A stretch of DNA of 64,000 bases, from contig JBEKSC010000015.1 of assembly GCA_049517415.1 (NCBI GenBank), positions 1 through 64,000 on the forward strand. Direction: 5' to 3'. Below are positions 19,733-30,566 of the stretch, one piece after another; the stretch's first letter is position 1; each line of letters opens with the position of its first letter. Position numbers and translations under genes: made by a program. The notes below the pieces were generated by a model. The model ran no database searches. It was not told where the DNA came from and saw only the letters and a program-made list of their open reading frames with translations. The DNA comes from Candidatus Bathyarchaeia archaeon. GTDB lineage: Archaea > Thermoproteota > Bathyarchaeia > 40CM-2-53-6.

Positions 19733-19883
19733 AAGTAGGTTGAAGGCGGACTTAAGACAGTGTGGGCTCAGGTCTGGTTTCTTCGATCACAGGTTAATCC
19801 AATACCAGCTTTCTTCATTGCCCCCAGCTTCTTGACTCTTCCCGCTTATTGTTCTTATGGAGGTACAGACGCGCTACTTTCAG

Positions 19884-22748
19884 TCACCAAAATCGTCGGC
19901 GTAGAACCCGACGTTCAGCGTCCATGATAGATTCGAAGAGTCGGTCCGAGACACGATGTGTCCGCCTAAGGACAACCTTAGCTTCTCCAGGGCCAATTCT
20001 TCTTCCAGCGAGAACGTATGCCGCTACTTTCCCATATTTCTGGAGCAGCCCTGCGCTTGCCTTGAGATCGTCGCGAACTCTCTCCTCCCGCTCCGATAAC
20101 CTACGTCCATTCTTCTTCCCAATCTTCCCGACGAATTCAGGAAGCTCACTAGTGATTCCAATTTTGCCGGTTTTGCAACTCGGGCAAGAGAAGTCGGTCG
20201 GCATATCTTTGACCATTTGAATTCGGGCATAGGCAAAGCAGGTTGGGCATGCCATAGTCCTCGATTCATTTAGTATTCGTACCTTTGCGGACTCAACGAG
20301 TATTCTTTTCATTTTCTCAGGCGGGATCAGATCCGTTTTTCGGCTTATCCGCTCAATTCCAATCCTTGCGATCGGGCTTGCTTCTTGTGTGCGGGCGGCC
20401 ACTACAAGCTCGATTTCACTGCCGAACTTTGTGATGACCTGAAGCGTGTTCTGTACGTCCAAATCCTTCTCCATAGTTTCTTTGAACGCCTCCTCCATGA
20501 TTACGGTCCCCTCAAAGCTTTTCATCACTTGACGGAGGCTGATGCTTCCAAATTCCGCCCATTTGGTTATCGCGCCAAATCTTTTCGCGACGTGGACCAA
20601 GCGGCGTTTGAACAAGCCGGTCTTCTTCGATGCTTCAGAGACCAGGGTTTGGACATCCATGGTTGCAAGTCTGCGGAGGGTTTGCGCAACTTTTTCCGCA
20701 TTAGCCGACCCAGACGTTTGTACAACAATTCTGTACGCGTCTTGTTGGACTCCTATCGTGATGCCGATTTCCTCTGACAGAACGTGCCCGACCAATCGCG
20801 CTAGTGTCCTGTTGACTAACAATCCAAAATGGGCGTTGATAATAACGAAATCTTCCCAGTCCTCCAACAGGATGCGTCTATCGGTGGGAACTTTAAGGCC
20901 GAGCGAGATTTGTTCGAACGTTTCGCTTAGTGAACGATCTATGGTTTCAGAATCGGCTGGATAATCCTCACAGAGCTCCTGAACGAGGTCCGACCCACTC
21001 CTCCTCGCCTCGAGGCCTTCTTCGATACGCCTTCGTATTGCACCGACTTCTTGGCTAATTTCAAATGGGACTGGGATTTCTTCACCCACCCAACTAGGGA
21101 TTGAACCCGTTGGATCTCGAATAGGCTTAACGTATATCTTGTCTCCTCGGATGCTCATCATTTTCCAAGGTGATCCACGGACTATGAATTTCCGACCAGG
21201 CTCTCCATACTCGGCGACAAATGCTTCGTCGAGAACTCCAACAGCTTCATCCTTTCCTTCATCAATAATCAAATACTGTTTCTCGTCAGGTATCATGGAT
21301 AGCTTGCCAAAGTAGTACGTGAAAAGCGCCTTAACTCTTCGAGGCCTAAGGATTACGTTGTCCTGCGGCGAATACCATGCCAGCCTTGGAAAGCGAGAGT
21401 GCATGTAATTGATTACGCCAATCAGATCTTGTTCGGTCAACTCCGCGTATGGGTAGGCCTTTGTGAAAATGTCCATAATTTCGTTGACATACCACCTCCC
21501 TTTCTGTATCAGCAAGCCGACTAATTGGTGGGCTAGGACATCCAATGGTTTGTATGGGATTGAAACTGGCTCAAGATTTTCGTCCAGAGCACGCCGGGCA
21601 ATAACCATCGCCTCCAAGGTGTCATCGGAGTCTAATGCCACTATCATCCCATCCGCGATTCTACCAATCCTATGGCCGCTCCTGCCAACACGCTGGATGA
21701 GCCTAGTGACCTGGCGCGGGCTCATGTATTGAATCACGAAGTCAACATTACCCACATCAATCCCGAGCTCCAAGGATGAAGTGGCAACTAGCGCTCGAAG
21801 TTGGCCATCTTTCAATCCCCTCTCGGCACTGATGCGAGATGGTTTTGCGAGTGAACCATGGTGGATCGAGATTGGGAAGTCAATGTCCCAGACTTTCATT
21901 CTGCTAGCAAGAATCTCTGCAATTGCCCTAGTATTGGTAAATAGTATGACGGACCGATGGGATTCGATCAGCTCTCGCATGAGCCGGAGGCGAGCCGCCA
22001 CATCCGGGTGAGTGTAGAGTCGCGCGGCCAAGGCCACATCTCGGGCCCCAGGCTTAGGACAGGTAACCTCAATGTGTACCTCCCTGCCCACAGGGACGTG
22101 AACTATCGTGGCTTCTCTCCCGGTGCCGACAAGAAATTGAGCCACCTTCTCAGGCGTGCCTATGGTCGCCGAAAGACCGATAACTTGAAAATCATGCATG
22201 GCCGCCCACCGCAGTCGCTCAAGGGCAAGGGCGAGCTGACTGCCACGCTTGTCTTCGGCCAACTCATGGACCTCATCAATTATGATGAACTTTACGGCTT
22301 GCAAATGCCGCTTCATAACGCGGCCCGTCAAGATTGCCTGAAGCGTTTCAGGGGTTATAATCAGCAGGTCTGGAGGGTTCTTTGCCTGAAATGTTCTTTC
22401 CTTCGTCTCAGTATCCCCGTGCCGAACCGCGATTCTTAGATCAAGTTTCTTCCCCCACCATTCGAAACGTTCGAGCATATCTCGGTTCAACGCACGGAGG
22501 GGGGTGATGTAGAGTATCTTGATTCCCCGGTCCTCTCCACGGTCTGTGATATACTTGCTCAGGACAGGCAGTATCGCCGCCTCAGTCTTGCCCGAAGCGG
22601 TCGGTGAAATCAGTAGAACATTCTTTCCGGCTAGGATTTCAGGGATGGCCTTCAGCTGTGGATCTGTGGGTGAACTGAAACCACGCTCCTCAATGGCCTC
22701 TCGTATGGGTTTCGCGAGTTCATCGAACACGGTGGATTGAAGACCCAT
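19884..22748 (-). CDS. lhr: Lhr-family ATP-dependent SF2 helicase with C-terminal Cys-rich motif
   Basis: SPTASGKTEAA, TPLRALNRD, DEVHEL, SAT, HHGSL, TSSLELGID, QRVGRSGH, PSWVGE; C-terminal CPTC...CPSC. Confidence 0.9.
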   Translation of the reverse strand: MGLQSTVFDELAKPIREAIEERGFSSPTDPQLKAIPEILAGKNVLLISPTASGKTEAAILPVLSKYITDRGEDRGIKILYITPLRALNRDMLERFEWWGKKLDLRIAVRHGDTETKERTFQAKNPPDLLIITPETLQAILTGRVMKRHLQAVKFIIIDEVHELAEDKRGSQLALALERLRWAAMHDFQVIGLSATIGTPEKVAQFLVGTGREATIVHVPVGREVHIEVTCPKPGARDVALAARLYTHPDVAARLRLMRELIESHRSVILFTNTRAIAEILASRMKVWDIDFPISIHHGSLAKPSRISAERGLKDGQLRALVATSSLELGIDVGNVDFVIQYMSPRQVTRLIQRVGRSGHRIGRIADGMIVALDSDDTLEAMVIARRALDENLEPVSIPYKPLDVLAHQLVGLLIQKGRWYVNEIMDIFTKAYPYAELTEQDLIGVINYMHSRFPRLAWYSPQDNVILRPRRVKALFTYYFGKLSMIPDEKQYLIIDEGKDEAVGVLDEAFVAEYGEPGRKFIVRGSPWKMMSIRGDKIYVKPIRDPTGSIPSWVGEEIPVPFEISQEVGAIRRRIEEGLEARRSGSDLVQELCEDYPADSETIDRSLSETFEQISLGLKVPTDRRILLEDWEDFVIINAHFGLLVNRTLARLVGHVLSEEIGITIGVQQDAYRIVVQTSGSANAEKVAQTLRRLATMDVQTLVSEASKKTGLFKRRLVHVAKRFGAITKWAEFGSISLRQVMKSFEGTVIMEEAFKETMEKDLDVQNTLQVITKFGSEIELVVAARTQEASPIARIGIERISRKTDLIPPEKMKRILVESAKVRILNESRTMACPTCFAYARIQMVKDMPTDFSCPSCKTGKIGITSELPEFVGKIGKKNGRRLSEREERVRDDLKASAGLLQKYGKVAAYVLAGRRIGPGEAKVVLRRTHRVSDRLFESIMDAERRVLRRRFW

Positions 22749-22849
22749 GCTGAAGCCCCAGCTCCCGGTACCCCGCCGGATGTAAAAAGCTCAACGAAAG
22801 TTTAAGGCGGTAACATCCTTTTACATGCCGTTGAAAATGCCACCCTTGG

Positions 22850-24637
22850 GTGAGAACGTTGACACTTCGCCAGCCAATCGTAGTTGTACTCGGGCATGTA
22901 GACCATGGAAAGACAACTCTATTGGACAAAATTCGGGGGACGACGGTTGCGAAACGAGAAGCTGGCCAGATCACCCAAATGATAGGCGCCAGCTTACTTC
23001 CAAGCAAGACGATTGAGGAAATCTGCGGCGAGTTACTGAAGCAGTTTCATTTCGAACTCAAAGTTCCGGGCTTGCTCTTCATTGATACCCCTGGCCACGA
23101 GACCTTCTCGAACCTAAGGCGAAGGGGTGGTTCTGCTGCTGACATCGCAATCCTCGTAATTGACATGACGAAGGGAGTTGAACCACAAACCGTAGAATCA
23201 TTAAACATTCTGAAGAGTAGAAAAACACCATTCATAGTCGCCGCGAACAAAATTGACGCAATCAAGGGATGGAAATCAGCACCGGAAATCTCTTTCCTGA
23301 CTTCGTTCAAGAATCAGGTTCCCGAGATACAGACGGAACTCGATAACCATGTGTACACAATTATTGGAACACTTTCTAGGCTCGGCTTTCGCGCAGAGAG
23401 GTTCGACAGGATTTCTGACTTCACCCAAACTATCGCTATCGTCCCCGTGAGCGCCAAGACTGGGGAAGGCATTCCCGAATTGCTCGCAATACTGACCGGG
23501 CTAACTCAGGCATACTTGTCGAATGAACTCCAAGTCACTTCGGGCCCGGCAAGGGGAACTGTGCTCGAGGTAAAGGATGAACCTGGCCTCGGGAAGACTA
23601 TCAACGCCATCATCTATGACGGCTCGCTAAAGGTCGATGACACAATAGTACTCGGGGGGCGAGAGAAACCAATAGTCACCGAAGTCCGCGCGATTCTGGT
23701 CCCCAAACCTCTAGATGAAATCAGAGACCCGCGTGACCGATTCACAAGCGTAAAGAGGGTTACGGCAGCATCGGGGGTCAAGATCGCGGCTCCCAACTTG
23801 GAGACCGCACTGGCTGGCTCTCCGCTTTACACGGTTGTAAAGGGAAAGAACGCCAAGGAGTATGTTCGAATCGTTGAAGACGAGGTTGAGAAGCTTAGAA
23901 TCAAAGCGGAAAGATCGGGCATTGTTCTGAAGACGGATACTCTTGGTTCACTCGAAGCTGTGACGGAGGAACTCTCTCGCCACGATGTCCAGATTCGCCT
24001 CGCCGACATAGGCGACGTATCAAGGCGAGATGTCGTTGAGGCAGAGGCGGCGGGCCAAGAGGATAGGCTCGTGGCTGTGGTCTTGGCATTCAACGTGAAG
24101 GTTCTGCCCGATGCTGAAGAGGAAGCCAAGGTGGCTGGAATACCGGTCTTTCACTCTGATGTAATCTACCACATGATTGAAGACTACCTAAGATGGAGCG
24201 ATGAGCAACGCACGGCAGGAGTAAAGGCCGAATTAGACCTTCTCGTGCGACCCTGCAAAGCAAAGGTCCTGACCGGGCTTATTTTCAGGAGAAGCAAACC
24301 TGCCATAGTTGGCGTCGAAATACTTTCCGGCCGACTGAAACCGAAAATTCACATGATCACATCATTCGGGCGAAGACTAGGCGAACTTCAAAAAGTACAG
24401 GACCAAGGGAAGGATATCCAGGAAGCCGTGGTCGGCATGCAGGTTGCTGTCTCAATCGAAGACGGGGTGGTCGGACGCAATATTTCCGAAGGCGATACAA
24501 TCTACGCTGACGTTCCAGAGAGACATTTGAAGACGCTCATGACCAAGTTTCCCGTTGAACTTACGGAGAGCGACCAAGTCACGATTAAGGAACTAATCCA
24601 AATTAAGAGGAGAGAGAACCCGGTCTGGGGCTTCTAA
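22850..24637 (+). CDS. infB: Translation initiation factor IF-2 (aIF5B)
   Basis: LRQPIVVVLGHVDHGKTTLLD, DTPGHE.FSNLRRRGGS, NKID, DTLGSLEA. No intein. Confidence 0.97.
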   Translation: MRTLTLRQPIVVVLGHVDHGKTTLLDKIRGTTVAKREAGQITQMIGASLLPSKTIEEICGELLKQFHFELKVPGLLFIDTPGHETFSNLRRRGGSAADIAILVIDMTKGVEPQTVESLNILKSRKTPFIVAANKIDAIKGWKSAPEISFLTSFKNQVPEIQTELDNHVYTIIGTLSRLGFRAERFDRISDFTQTIAIVPVSAKTGEGIPELLAILTGLTQAYLSNELQVTSGPARGTVLEVKDEPGLGKTINAIIYDGSLKVDDTIVLGGREKPIVTEVRAILVPKPLDEIRDPRDRFTSVKRVTAASGVKIAAPNLETALAGSPLYTVVKGKNAKEYVRIVEDEVEKLRIKAERSGIVLKTDTLGSLEAVTEELSRHDVQIRLADIGDVSRRDVVEAEAAGQEDRLVAVVLAFNVKVLPDAEEEAKVAGIPVFHSDVIYHMIEDYLRWSDEQRTAGVKAELDLLVRPCKAKVLTGLIFRRSKPAIVGVEILSGRLKPKIHMITSFGRRLGELQKVQDQGKDIQEAVVGMQVAVSIEDGVVGRNISEGDTIYADVPERHLKTLMTKFPVELTESDQVTIKELIQIKRRENPVWGF

Positions 24638-24638
24638 T

Positions 24639-25097
24639 CTACTTTAACAGAAATTGACGTTCCGTAGGTTTCGAATATTTCGCGAGCTCATTTGTCTGGA
24701 AGAAAATAGCCATCTCACGTTTGGCGTTATCTTGTGAGTCTGCGGCATGAATCGCATTTGGGGTGATTTGGAGGGCAAAGTCACCCCTCACCGTGCCGGG
24801 CGCAGCATTCAGGGGATTTGTAGCACCCACCAAACCCCGAACCACACTTACGGCATTCGGTCCTTCCCAAACCATCACAAACACTGGGCCTGAGGTTACA
24901 TGGGAGACGAGTTCTTGGAAAAACGGTTTCCCCTTATGTACTTCGTACAGTCTTTGCGCCTGTTCTGAAGTCATCTGGATAAGTTTGCCGCCGACTAGCA
25001 GTAATCCCTTCCTTTCGAAACGGGAAACAATTTCTCCAATGAATCCTCGCATCACGCTTTCGGGTTTGAGGAAGGAGAAGGTTTGCTCTGTTTGCAA
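24639..25097 (-). CDS. ndk: Nucleoside diphosphate kinase
   Basis: LKPE, SGPVF.MVWEG, GATNP..AAPGTVRGDF, NAIHAADS. Confidence 0.97.
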   Translation of the reverse strand: MQTEQTFSFLKPESVMRGFIGEIVSRFERKGLLLVGGKLIQMTSEQAQRLYEVHKGKPFFQELVSHVTSGPVFVMVWEGPNAVSVVRGLVGATNPLNAAPGTVRGDFALQITPNAIHAADSQDNAKREMAIFFQTNELAKYSKPTERQFLLK

Positions 25098-25108
25098 TTC
25101 TCCTTCCC

Positions 25109-25303
25109 TTACTTACCTCTTTCCTTCTTTCCGTGGTAAACTGTCCACTTTAGCTTTCTTGGGTCTCTGCCGTAAACCATGAGGCTTTTCCGGCATTTTG
25201 ATGAGCAAAAGTATTGGATTGATCCATCATTCTTAACGAACATTATTCCAGTAGCCTGCGGAAAGTCTTTTCCGCAGAAGGAGCACGTGAATGTTCTCGG
25301 CAA
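25109..25303 (-). CDS. rpl24e: 50S ribosomal protein L24e
   Basis: CSFCG...G.MFV.NDG...FCSSKC...R.PRKLKWT. Confidence 0.97.
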   Translation of the reverse strand: MPRTFTCSFCGKDFPQATGIMFVKNDGSIQYFCSSKCRKSLMVYGRDPRKLKWTVYHGKKERGK

Positions 25304-25320
25304 ATTGCAGGCGCGACTCC

Positions 25321-25545
25321 CTACCGGATCTTCTTTGCTTCTCTTTCAGTTTCCCGTAGCATCAAGACGTCGCCGGTTCTGATTGGGCCTTTGATATTTC
25401 TTGTTATGACTCGACCCTTATCGCGTCCTTCCAGTATTCGGACGCGGACCTGGATAACTTCGCCGGTTACGCCGGTTCGTCCAATGATTTGGGTGACCTC
25501 GGCGGGGGTAATGGCTTCTTCAGTGCGTTCCTTCGCGGTGCTCAT
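25321..25545 (-). CDS. rps28e: 30S ribosomal protein S28e
   Basis: IIGRTG.TGEV.QVRVRIL.G...GRVITRN.KGP.R.GD.L.L.ETEREA. Confidence 0.97.
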   Translation of the reverse strand: MSTAKERTEEAITPAEVTQIIGRTGVTGEVIQVRVRILEGRDKGRVITRNIKGPIRTGDVLMLRETEREAKKIR

Positions 25546-25949
25546 GCCTGTTCTTGTCCTTTGGCTCCACCCTTTCTGAACTGTTGCGTCGCGTCAGCCA
25601 ACTCCTTTAGAGTCTTGGCGCCTTCACCGCCATCGAGTATGGAGACCGCTGCACAACCAACATCAATGCCGGCAGCCCGACCAAGATCGAGTTTGCTAGG
25701 CACGAATAGGAATGGTATCTTCCTCTCTTCGCACAAGATGGGTAAGTGTGCAACCACTTGCGGAGGGTCAACATCCTCTGCTATCAGAACGAGCTTTGCG
25801 ACGGCACGTTCAATCGCTTTGGTACTTTCATTGGTTCCTTTTCTTAGCTTTCCCGAGTCCTTGGCCACTTGCACAACCTGTAGTGCTTTGTCGGCCAATT
25901 CCTTAGGGACTTCGAACTTAACGTAGAACGACTTTGGCATTCGCTTCAC
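25542..25949 (-). CDS. rpl7ae: 50S ribosomal protein L7Ae
   Basis: [39 protein letters not shown]. Start may be the ATG at 25940. Confidence 0.97.
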   Translation of the reverse strand: MKRMPKSFYVKFEVPKELADKALQVVQVAKDSGKLRKGTNESTKAIERAVAKLVLIAEDVDPPQVVAHLPILCEERKIPFLFVPSKLDLGRAAGIDVGCAAVSILDGGEGAKTLKELADATQQFRKGGAKGQEQA

Positions 25950-26158
25950 TGCACATTTGCCAATTGGCTAGCGTAACCACCGGTGAGCCTTTTAAGAACA
26001 TTTCTGCGGGGGGGATGACGCGTCAACTCTCCCCTTTGACTGGAAAAGGCCGCGATCTGGGAATAGCTTCACGTTGCGTCAATTGCGTGCCCGCCAAACT
26101 TGAATAGGCACCTTAACGGTGACAAGCCGTTAGCCTTCGTCTCGTTACCGAGTAATGA

Positions 26159-26527
26159 TTGACGATGATCTCCGCGAGTGACCTCCTCCAAATATTAAGC
26201 GAGATTCATCAATACGCAATCCTACTTGTAGAACTACGAGAAGCGACGACCCTGGGCATTTCGCACTCAGCCGGGGATAGGATGACGTACTTCAAGTTGC
26301 AAGGAGGACTTAGCCAAGCAGACAGAAGCAGGTTGGCAGACGCATTTTACTCCGGCAAGATTCCTGAAAACGTAACGCCACTAGCAGTGGAAGACTTCCT
26401 AAGAGAAATTGAAGGAAAGAAGGCTAAGCACATTTGGTTGGAAACTGGCGGTAGAGAACGTAGGGAGCATGGATTCATGAGCATCTCCGAATTGAAAGCC
26501 TTCTTTCGCGGGCATACGCCCCGGTAA
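26159..26527 (+). CDS. Hypothetical protein (real start possibly ATG 26282)
   Basis: ORF with globular-looking C-terminal ~80 aa and no recognisable motif. Confidence 0.4.
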   Translation: MTMISASDLLQILSEIHQYAILLVELREATTLGISHSAGDRMTYFKLQGGLSQADRSRLADAFYSGKIPENVTPLAVEDFLREIEGKKAKHIWLETGGRERREHGFMSISELKAFFRGHTPR

Positions 26528-26712
26528 GAAATTCTGGCAACGTTAATTGCTGCACGTAAGTAGTCACTGTTACGAGCAAAAACGTCGCATAATGAAGCGT
26601 TTCGGAGTATATAATAGACTACGAGCCTTAACCAACAAGCGTTGTGAAGTTTGCGGTTTCAGTTTTCGCTGAGTTCATAATGATCGTTGGTGAAGGGTTG
26701 GGTGCCTTGTCG

Positions 26713-27588
26713 CTACCCGGCTCGGTTCACCAGGTATATCGCTACCATAATGCTGATGACCCCGGTTCCCTGAAGCAGGTTGACCTTCTCTCCGAATATT
26801 AGGTATGAGCTCACTAGAGCTACGATCAGCACCATGAAGAAGTATGCAGCAAGGGACGAGGCACTGTAGCGTTTCATCAGATGGAAGTAGATGGTATAGA
26901 CAACTGCGGTTCCGAGCACCCCTAGCCAGAGCACGTCGAAGAGAAGTGGGAGGCCCCACTTGATGTTCCCCGCGGGAGTCGTGAGCGAGGCCCACAAGCC
27001 TAAGGTGACCGTGGACCCGAACAGTTGCCAGGCATTAGCCCGCAGCAGCTCGTCCCCTTTGTAGATTCTCTTGAAGCAGACGTTCATCACAGAGAAGCTG
27101 AATGCAGCTGCGACCAGTTCAGCCACTGCTCCCAGGTCTGAAAGCGGCACCTTCACGAAGCCAATCTGTGAAGCAAGGGCGACACCGAAGAAGCCCAGGA
27201 ACGCCCCACCGATCTTGGTGGCCCCAGGACGCTCTCCGAGAATCGGCACCGACAGAAAGAGAGTCCACAGCGGGTAGGTATAGATGAAGACGCTCGTCAG
27301 GCCGGGCGGTATCCTCTGCTCGCCGACGAGCCACAGCCCCAAAAACACCGCGGAACCGGGAATTCCCAGCAGACAAGCGGTCACCTTCTGCCTCGTGGTG
27401 AGGGGACCTCCAGTTCTCATCACGTAGAGCAACGGCACCGCCGTGATGAAACCCGACAACACCCTGAAGAAAGCCAGCCAGAGTGGAGGGCAGAGAGTTA
27501 GCCCCTCTCCAACGAAGCTATAGTTGAGCCCCCAAACAGTGATTGCAACGGCGAACAATCCGCCCACGCGCCAGTCTCTTCCTCGCAA
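26713..27588 (-). CDS. EamA/DMT family transporter
   Basis: About 10 TM; WG.N, P......FR, ILGER, IFGE and two internal EamA repeats. Confidence 0.9.
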   Translation of the reverse strand: MRGRDWRVGGLFAVAITVWGLNYSFVGEGLTLCPPLWLAFFRVLSGFITAVPLLYVMRTGGPLTTRQKVTACLLGIPGSAVFLGLWLVGEQRIPPGLTSVFIYTYPLWTLFLSVPILGERPGATKIGGAFLGFFGVALASQIGFVKVPLSDLGAVAELVAAAFSFSVMNVCFKRIYKGDELLRANAWQLFGSTVTLGLWASLTTPAGNIKWGLPLLFDVLWLGVLGTAVVYTIYFHLMKRYSASSLAAYFFMVLIVALVSSYLIFGEKVNLLQGTGVISIMVAIYLVNRAG

Positions 27589-28114
27589 CGTTCTCGCCAG
27601 CCCTGTTCGTTAGAAATACTTCTCGGTTATCTACTTGTACGGTTCATAGCAAGAACTGCGAATGAAATTGAAATGCCCGATTTGTGACTTCGCACAAAAG
27701 GACACTGAGATTGAATTGCTGTCGGCCCAGATGGATTGAACGCATACTTCGACAAGTTAACGACTTGCATTCAGAAAGAAGCGCATGCGCAGGGTTTAGC
27801 GTAGTGGAGAAGCTTGTTGCGTTTCCTAATGAAGCCTCGGGCAGGCACTAAACGGAAGGTTCAGAATTACACCCACAGACCATACAAACAACTGTTTGTC
27901 GAACACTTTTGAAAAGTTCCGAACCTAGCGTTCAACTTTGGGGCTGGGGCTGAAAATAATATCCAATCCGTGTGTATAGTGAGAGTTCAAATGCGAGAAT
28001 CGAGCGATGCGGCTCATCCCTGATTTCATGACCATTCGAAGCGAAACCCTTGCCAAGAGTCCTATCAACATGACCGGTACCCAATATTCCAATCTTCATT
28101 GTAATCACACACCA

Positions 28115-28531
28115 TCAGTGAAGCGTCTTGCGGCTCCATTCTCCTTCCTTGAGTTTCAGGCCTTCGATGCCCATGCTCCAAGAAACCTTCGGGGTAATAC
28201 GCATATACTTTCCGGGCCCAAATATTCCATTGTGTTCCACGATGTCCACAGTTCCATATACTCTAACCATCCTCGGCCTCCATGGGTCAATGGATAGCAT
28301 GTCGTCGATTGCGAGGGCGACCTGTGTTCGACCGTTCTTGACATTTTTGTATTTGCGTGTACGAGGGAAAATGTCTTGACTATGGCTTCCAACGTAGAAA
28401 TATGCGCCATCGAATTCGAACGATACAGGCACAACATCCGGCTGACCTTCAGGGGAGACCGTCGCAAATCTGCATAAGCGCTGCGTCTTCATATAGTCAA
28501 TTTCAGGCTTAGAAAACACGGCCGACACCAC
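28115..28531 (-). CDS. PPOX-class F420-dependent oxidoreductase
   Basis: RL.R.ATV...GQPDVVPV.F.FDG, TRKYKNV, VALAIDD..S.DPW.PR..R.YG, SWS.GI. Confidence 0.85.
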   Translation of the reverse strand: MVSAVFSKPEIDYMKTQRLCRFATVSPEGQPDVVPVSFEFDGAYFYVGSHSQDIFPRTRKYKNVKNGRTQVALAIDDMLSIDPWRPRMVRVYGTVDIVEHNGIFGPGKYMRITPKVSWSMGIEGLKLKEGEWSRKTLH

Positions 28532-28844
28532 AACTACGAAGTTATCGAGCCAGCATAAATTGACTAGCTTGCAGGCAAGGTATTTGCTTGGGGAAAGTTT
28601 CTGGGGTTCGAATCTGACCTAGGATTATCGTGTCGGAAGCGAATCATGCAACAATCCTTTTGAAATTGCATTGTCACATCTGCGCCTCGAACTTCTGGGT
28701 CAATAGAAGTACCCGCTGAAGCGCTGTGATATAATTGGATACAATCAGAAATGTGATGATAACAGCGCGTAATTGTGAGGTGTAACGTTAATAAAAGGCA
28801 GTTAGGGCGTAGTATCGCTCCGCGCTTTCAGACTGGTCAATGTC

Positions 28845-29333
28845 ATGGCAAAGTTCAAGGTGATTGTCTCCGACCCAGCTACTGGTAAGTCCGCCGCAAG
28901 CGAGATAGAGGGATCTAGGGCCCAAGCCCTCATCGGCCGCTCCTTGGGCGAGGTAATAGATGGTTCAGCCCTCGGGCTCGGCTCGAATCGGATGCGCATC
29001 TCCGGAGGCTGTGACAAAAACGGCATTCCAATGCGCCCTGATGTTCATGGCGGTGTTAAGAAACACATTGTCCTCTCGAGTGGCCCAGGCTTCAGATCGA
29101 CCCGACACGGTGAAAGAAGGAGGAAACTCGTGCGCGGCCGAACAATAACGGATGAAACCTACCAGATCAATTTCACTCTCAGTAAGGAAGCGCCCGGCGC
29201 TGAGGCGAAGCGGCCTACCGAAATCAAAGCCACGACCGAGCAACCCAAGCCACCTAAGCCAACCGTTGAGAAGGCGGTTGAGAAGCCTAAAGCCAAGAAG
29301 GCAGCAAAGAAGGCGGGCAAGAAATCAAAGTAA
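28845..29333 (+). CDS. rps6e: 30S ribosomal protein S6e with Lys/Ala/Pro-rich C-terminal tail
   Basis: FKVIVSDP.TGK, ISGG.DK.G.PMRPDV.G, GERRRK.VRG. Confidence 0.95.
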   Translation: MAKFKVIVSDPATGKSAASEIEGSRAQALIGRSLGEVIDGSALGLGSNRMRISGGCDKNGIPMRPDVHGGVKKHIVLSSGPGFRSTRHGERRRKLVRGRTITDETYQINFTLSKEAPGAEAKRPTEIKATTEQPKPPKPTVEKAVEKPKAKKAAKKAGKKSK

Positions 29334-29346
29334 GAGGTGGGCGTGA

Positions 29347-29823
29347 TTGGATTTCAAAGTCAGGCAAGACACTTACAACCCTCTGCTAAAGAGAAAAGAA
29401 GTCCACGGGGAAGTCGACCACGAGGGCGAAGGCACACCATCGAGAGTGGATGTGAGGAAAGCGGTTGCCTCTAAATTCAACACAAAACCGGAGAACGTAT
29501 ACGTTCTCGATATCGAAACGAATACTGGCACACAGAGCTCACTATGCGTGATAGAAGTCTACGATGATCCACAGAGCGCTCAACGCACCGTACCAAAGTA
29601 CATCCAGGTCCGTAACCTCCCACCCGAGGAACGAAAACGCGTCAGGGAAGAGCAAGCCAAGAAAGGAGAAGCGAAACCCAAACCGGAGAAACCGAAGGCC
29701 GAAAAAGCAACGCCTGAAAAACCAAAAGAAGAACCCAAAGAAGCTAAAGAAGAAAAACCTAAACAAGAAGCAAAGCCGGCGACGGAACCACCCAAGAAAG
29801 CCAAAGGAGGCGTGGCAAAGTGA
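29347..29823 (+). CDS. rps24e: 30S ribosomal protein S24e with Lys/Glu/Pro-rich C-terminal tail
   Basis: NPLLKRKE, TPSR..VR, VYDD......PKYI..RN; adjacent to S27ae. Confidence 0.9.
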   Translation: MDFKVRQDTYNPLLKRKEVHGEVDHEGEGTPSRVDVRKAVASKFNTKPENVYVLDIETNTGTQSSLCVIEVYDDPQSAQRTVPKYIQVRNLPPEERKRVREEQAKKGEAKPKPEKPKAEKATPEKPKEEPKEAKEEKPKQEAKPATEPPKKAKGGVAK

Positions 29824-30011
29824 GCGAAAAAAAGCAGCCCAAGCGCGGATTGGGCGCTCTCTATGAAGTCGACCCTCAGAAGGGAACGATTAAGCTCAAG
29901 AACCGAAAGTGTCCCAGGTGCGGCAACATTATGGCGTTTCACAAGGTTCCCGTGGAACGTTGGACTTGCGGCTCGTGTAGCTTCACTGATTTCGTGAAGG
30001 CTGCAAAATAG
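29820..30011 (+). CDS. rps27ae: 30S ribosomal protein S27ae
   Basis: CPRCG..MA.H....RW.CG.C.FT. Confidence 0.95.
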   Translation: MSEKKQPKRGLGALYEVDPQKGTIKLKNRKCPRCGNIMAFHKVPVERWTCGSCSFTDFVKAAK

Positions 30012-30013
30012 GT

Positions 30014-30532
30014 TCAGCTTTTCTTTTCCATTTGCCCAACTAATTCAGCGACGTCCTTCTTCTTCTCGGCGTTAACCCTGACGAGGACGATTCCTACGCC
30101 AGGCTGCCCATAAACAACTAGTGACTTATCAGGCGACGACAAAACAGCTGGAAGAGCAAGCAAATCTTCTTCGCCATCCACTAGGACAACGCTGTTGCCT
30201 TGCCGTACTGCTTCATCGACAATTTGCCACGCCCCTGATTCGATGGTTCCGGCCCGGTTTTGTGTTCGGAAGATGTGCTCCCCCGAGTAGTCGAATTGAG
30301 CAGCTTTTTCCCGCTTCTCCATGTTATCGACAATGATTACGTCGGGTCTCATTTGCATTTGGATGGCATTTCTGCTAACAGTATCACCGACCAGAATCAG
30401 CCGAGTGGGTTTCTCTCTTGTAACTATTTCATTGAGCATACGGTTGCAATCGGCCGGCGTTCCCGCGATCAACTCTCCGAGCGGTTGCTTCATTAACCGC
30501 CTCTGGGCGTCCGTCAAGACCAGAGTTGGCAC
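30014..30532 (-). CDS. GTP-dependent dephospho-CoA kinase (DUF359)
   Basis: K.PLG, VGD.VS, PD..IVD...KR, N.AGTI, VDGEEDLLALP, YGQP..G.V; conserved position after spt4. Confidence 0.9.
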   Translation of the reverse strand: MPTLVLTDAQRRLMKQPLGELIAGTPADCNRMLNEIVTREKPTRLILVGDTVSRNAIQMQMRPDVIIVDNMEKREKAAQFDYSGEHIFRTQNRAGTIESGAWQIVDEAVRQGNSVVLVDGEEDLLALPAVLSSPDKSLVVYGQPGVGIVLVRVNAEKKKDVAELVGQMEKKS

Positions 30533-30566
30533 GTGAAAAACACTTGTCTTAGTGCGGGGCGGGCAT

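Noticed and set aside
19884..24637. Inteins in Lhr or aIF5B
   Set aside because: Lengths are normal, motifs are contiguous, and no splice-junction or LAGLIDADG blocks were seen.
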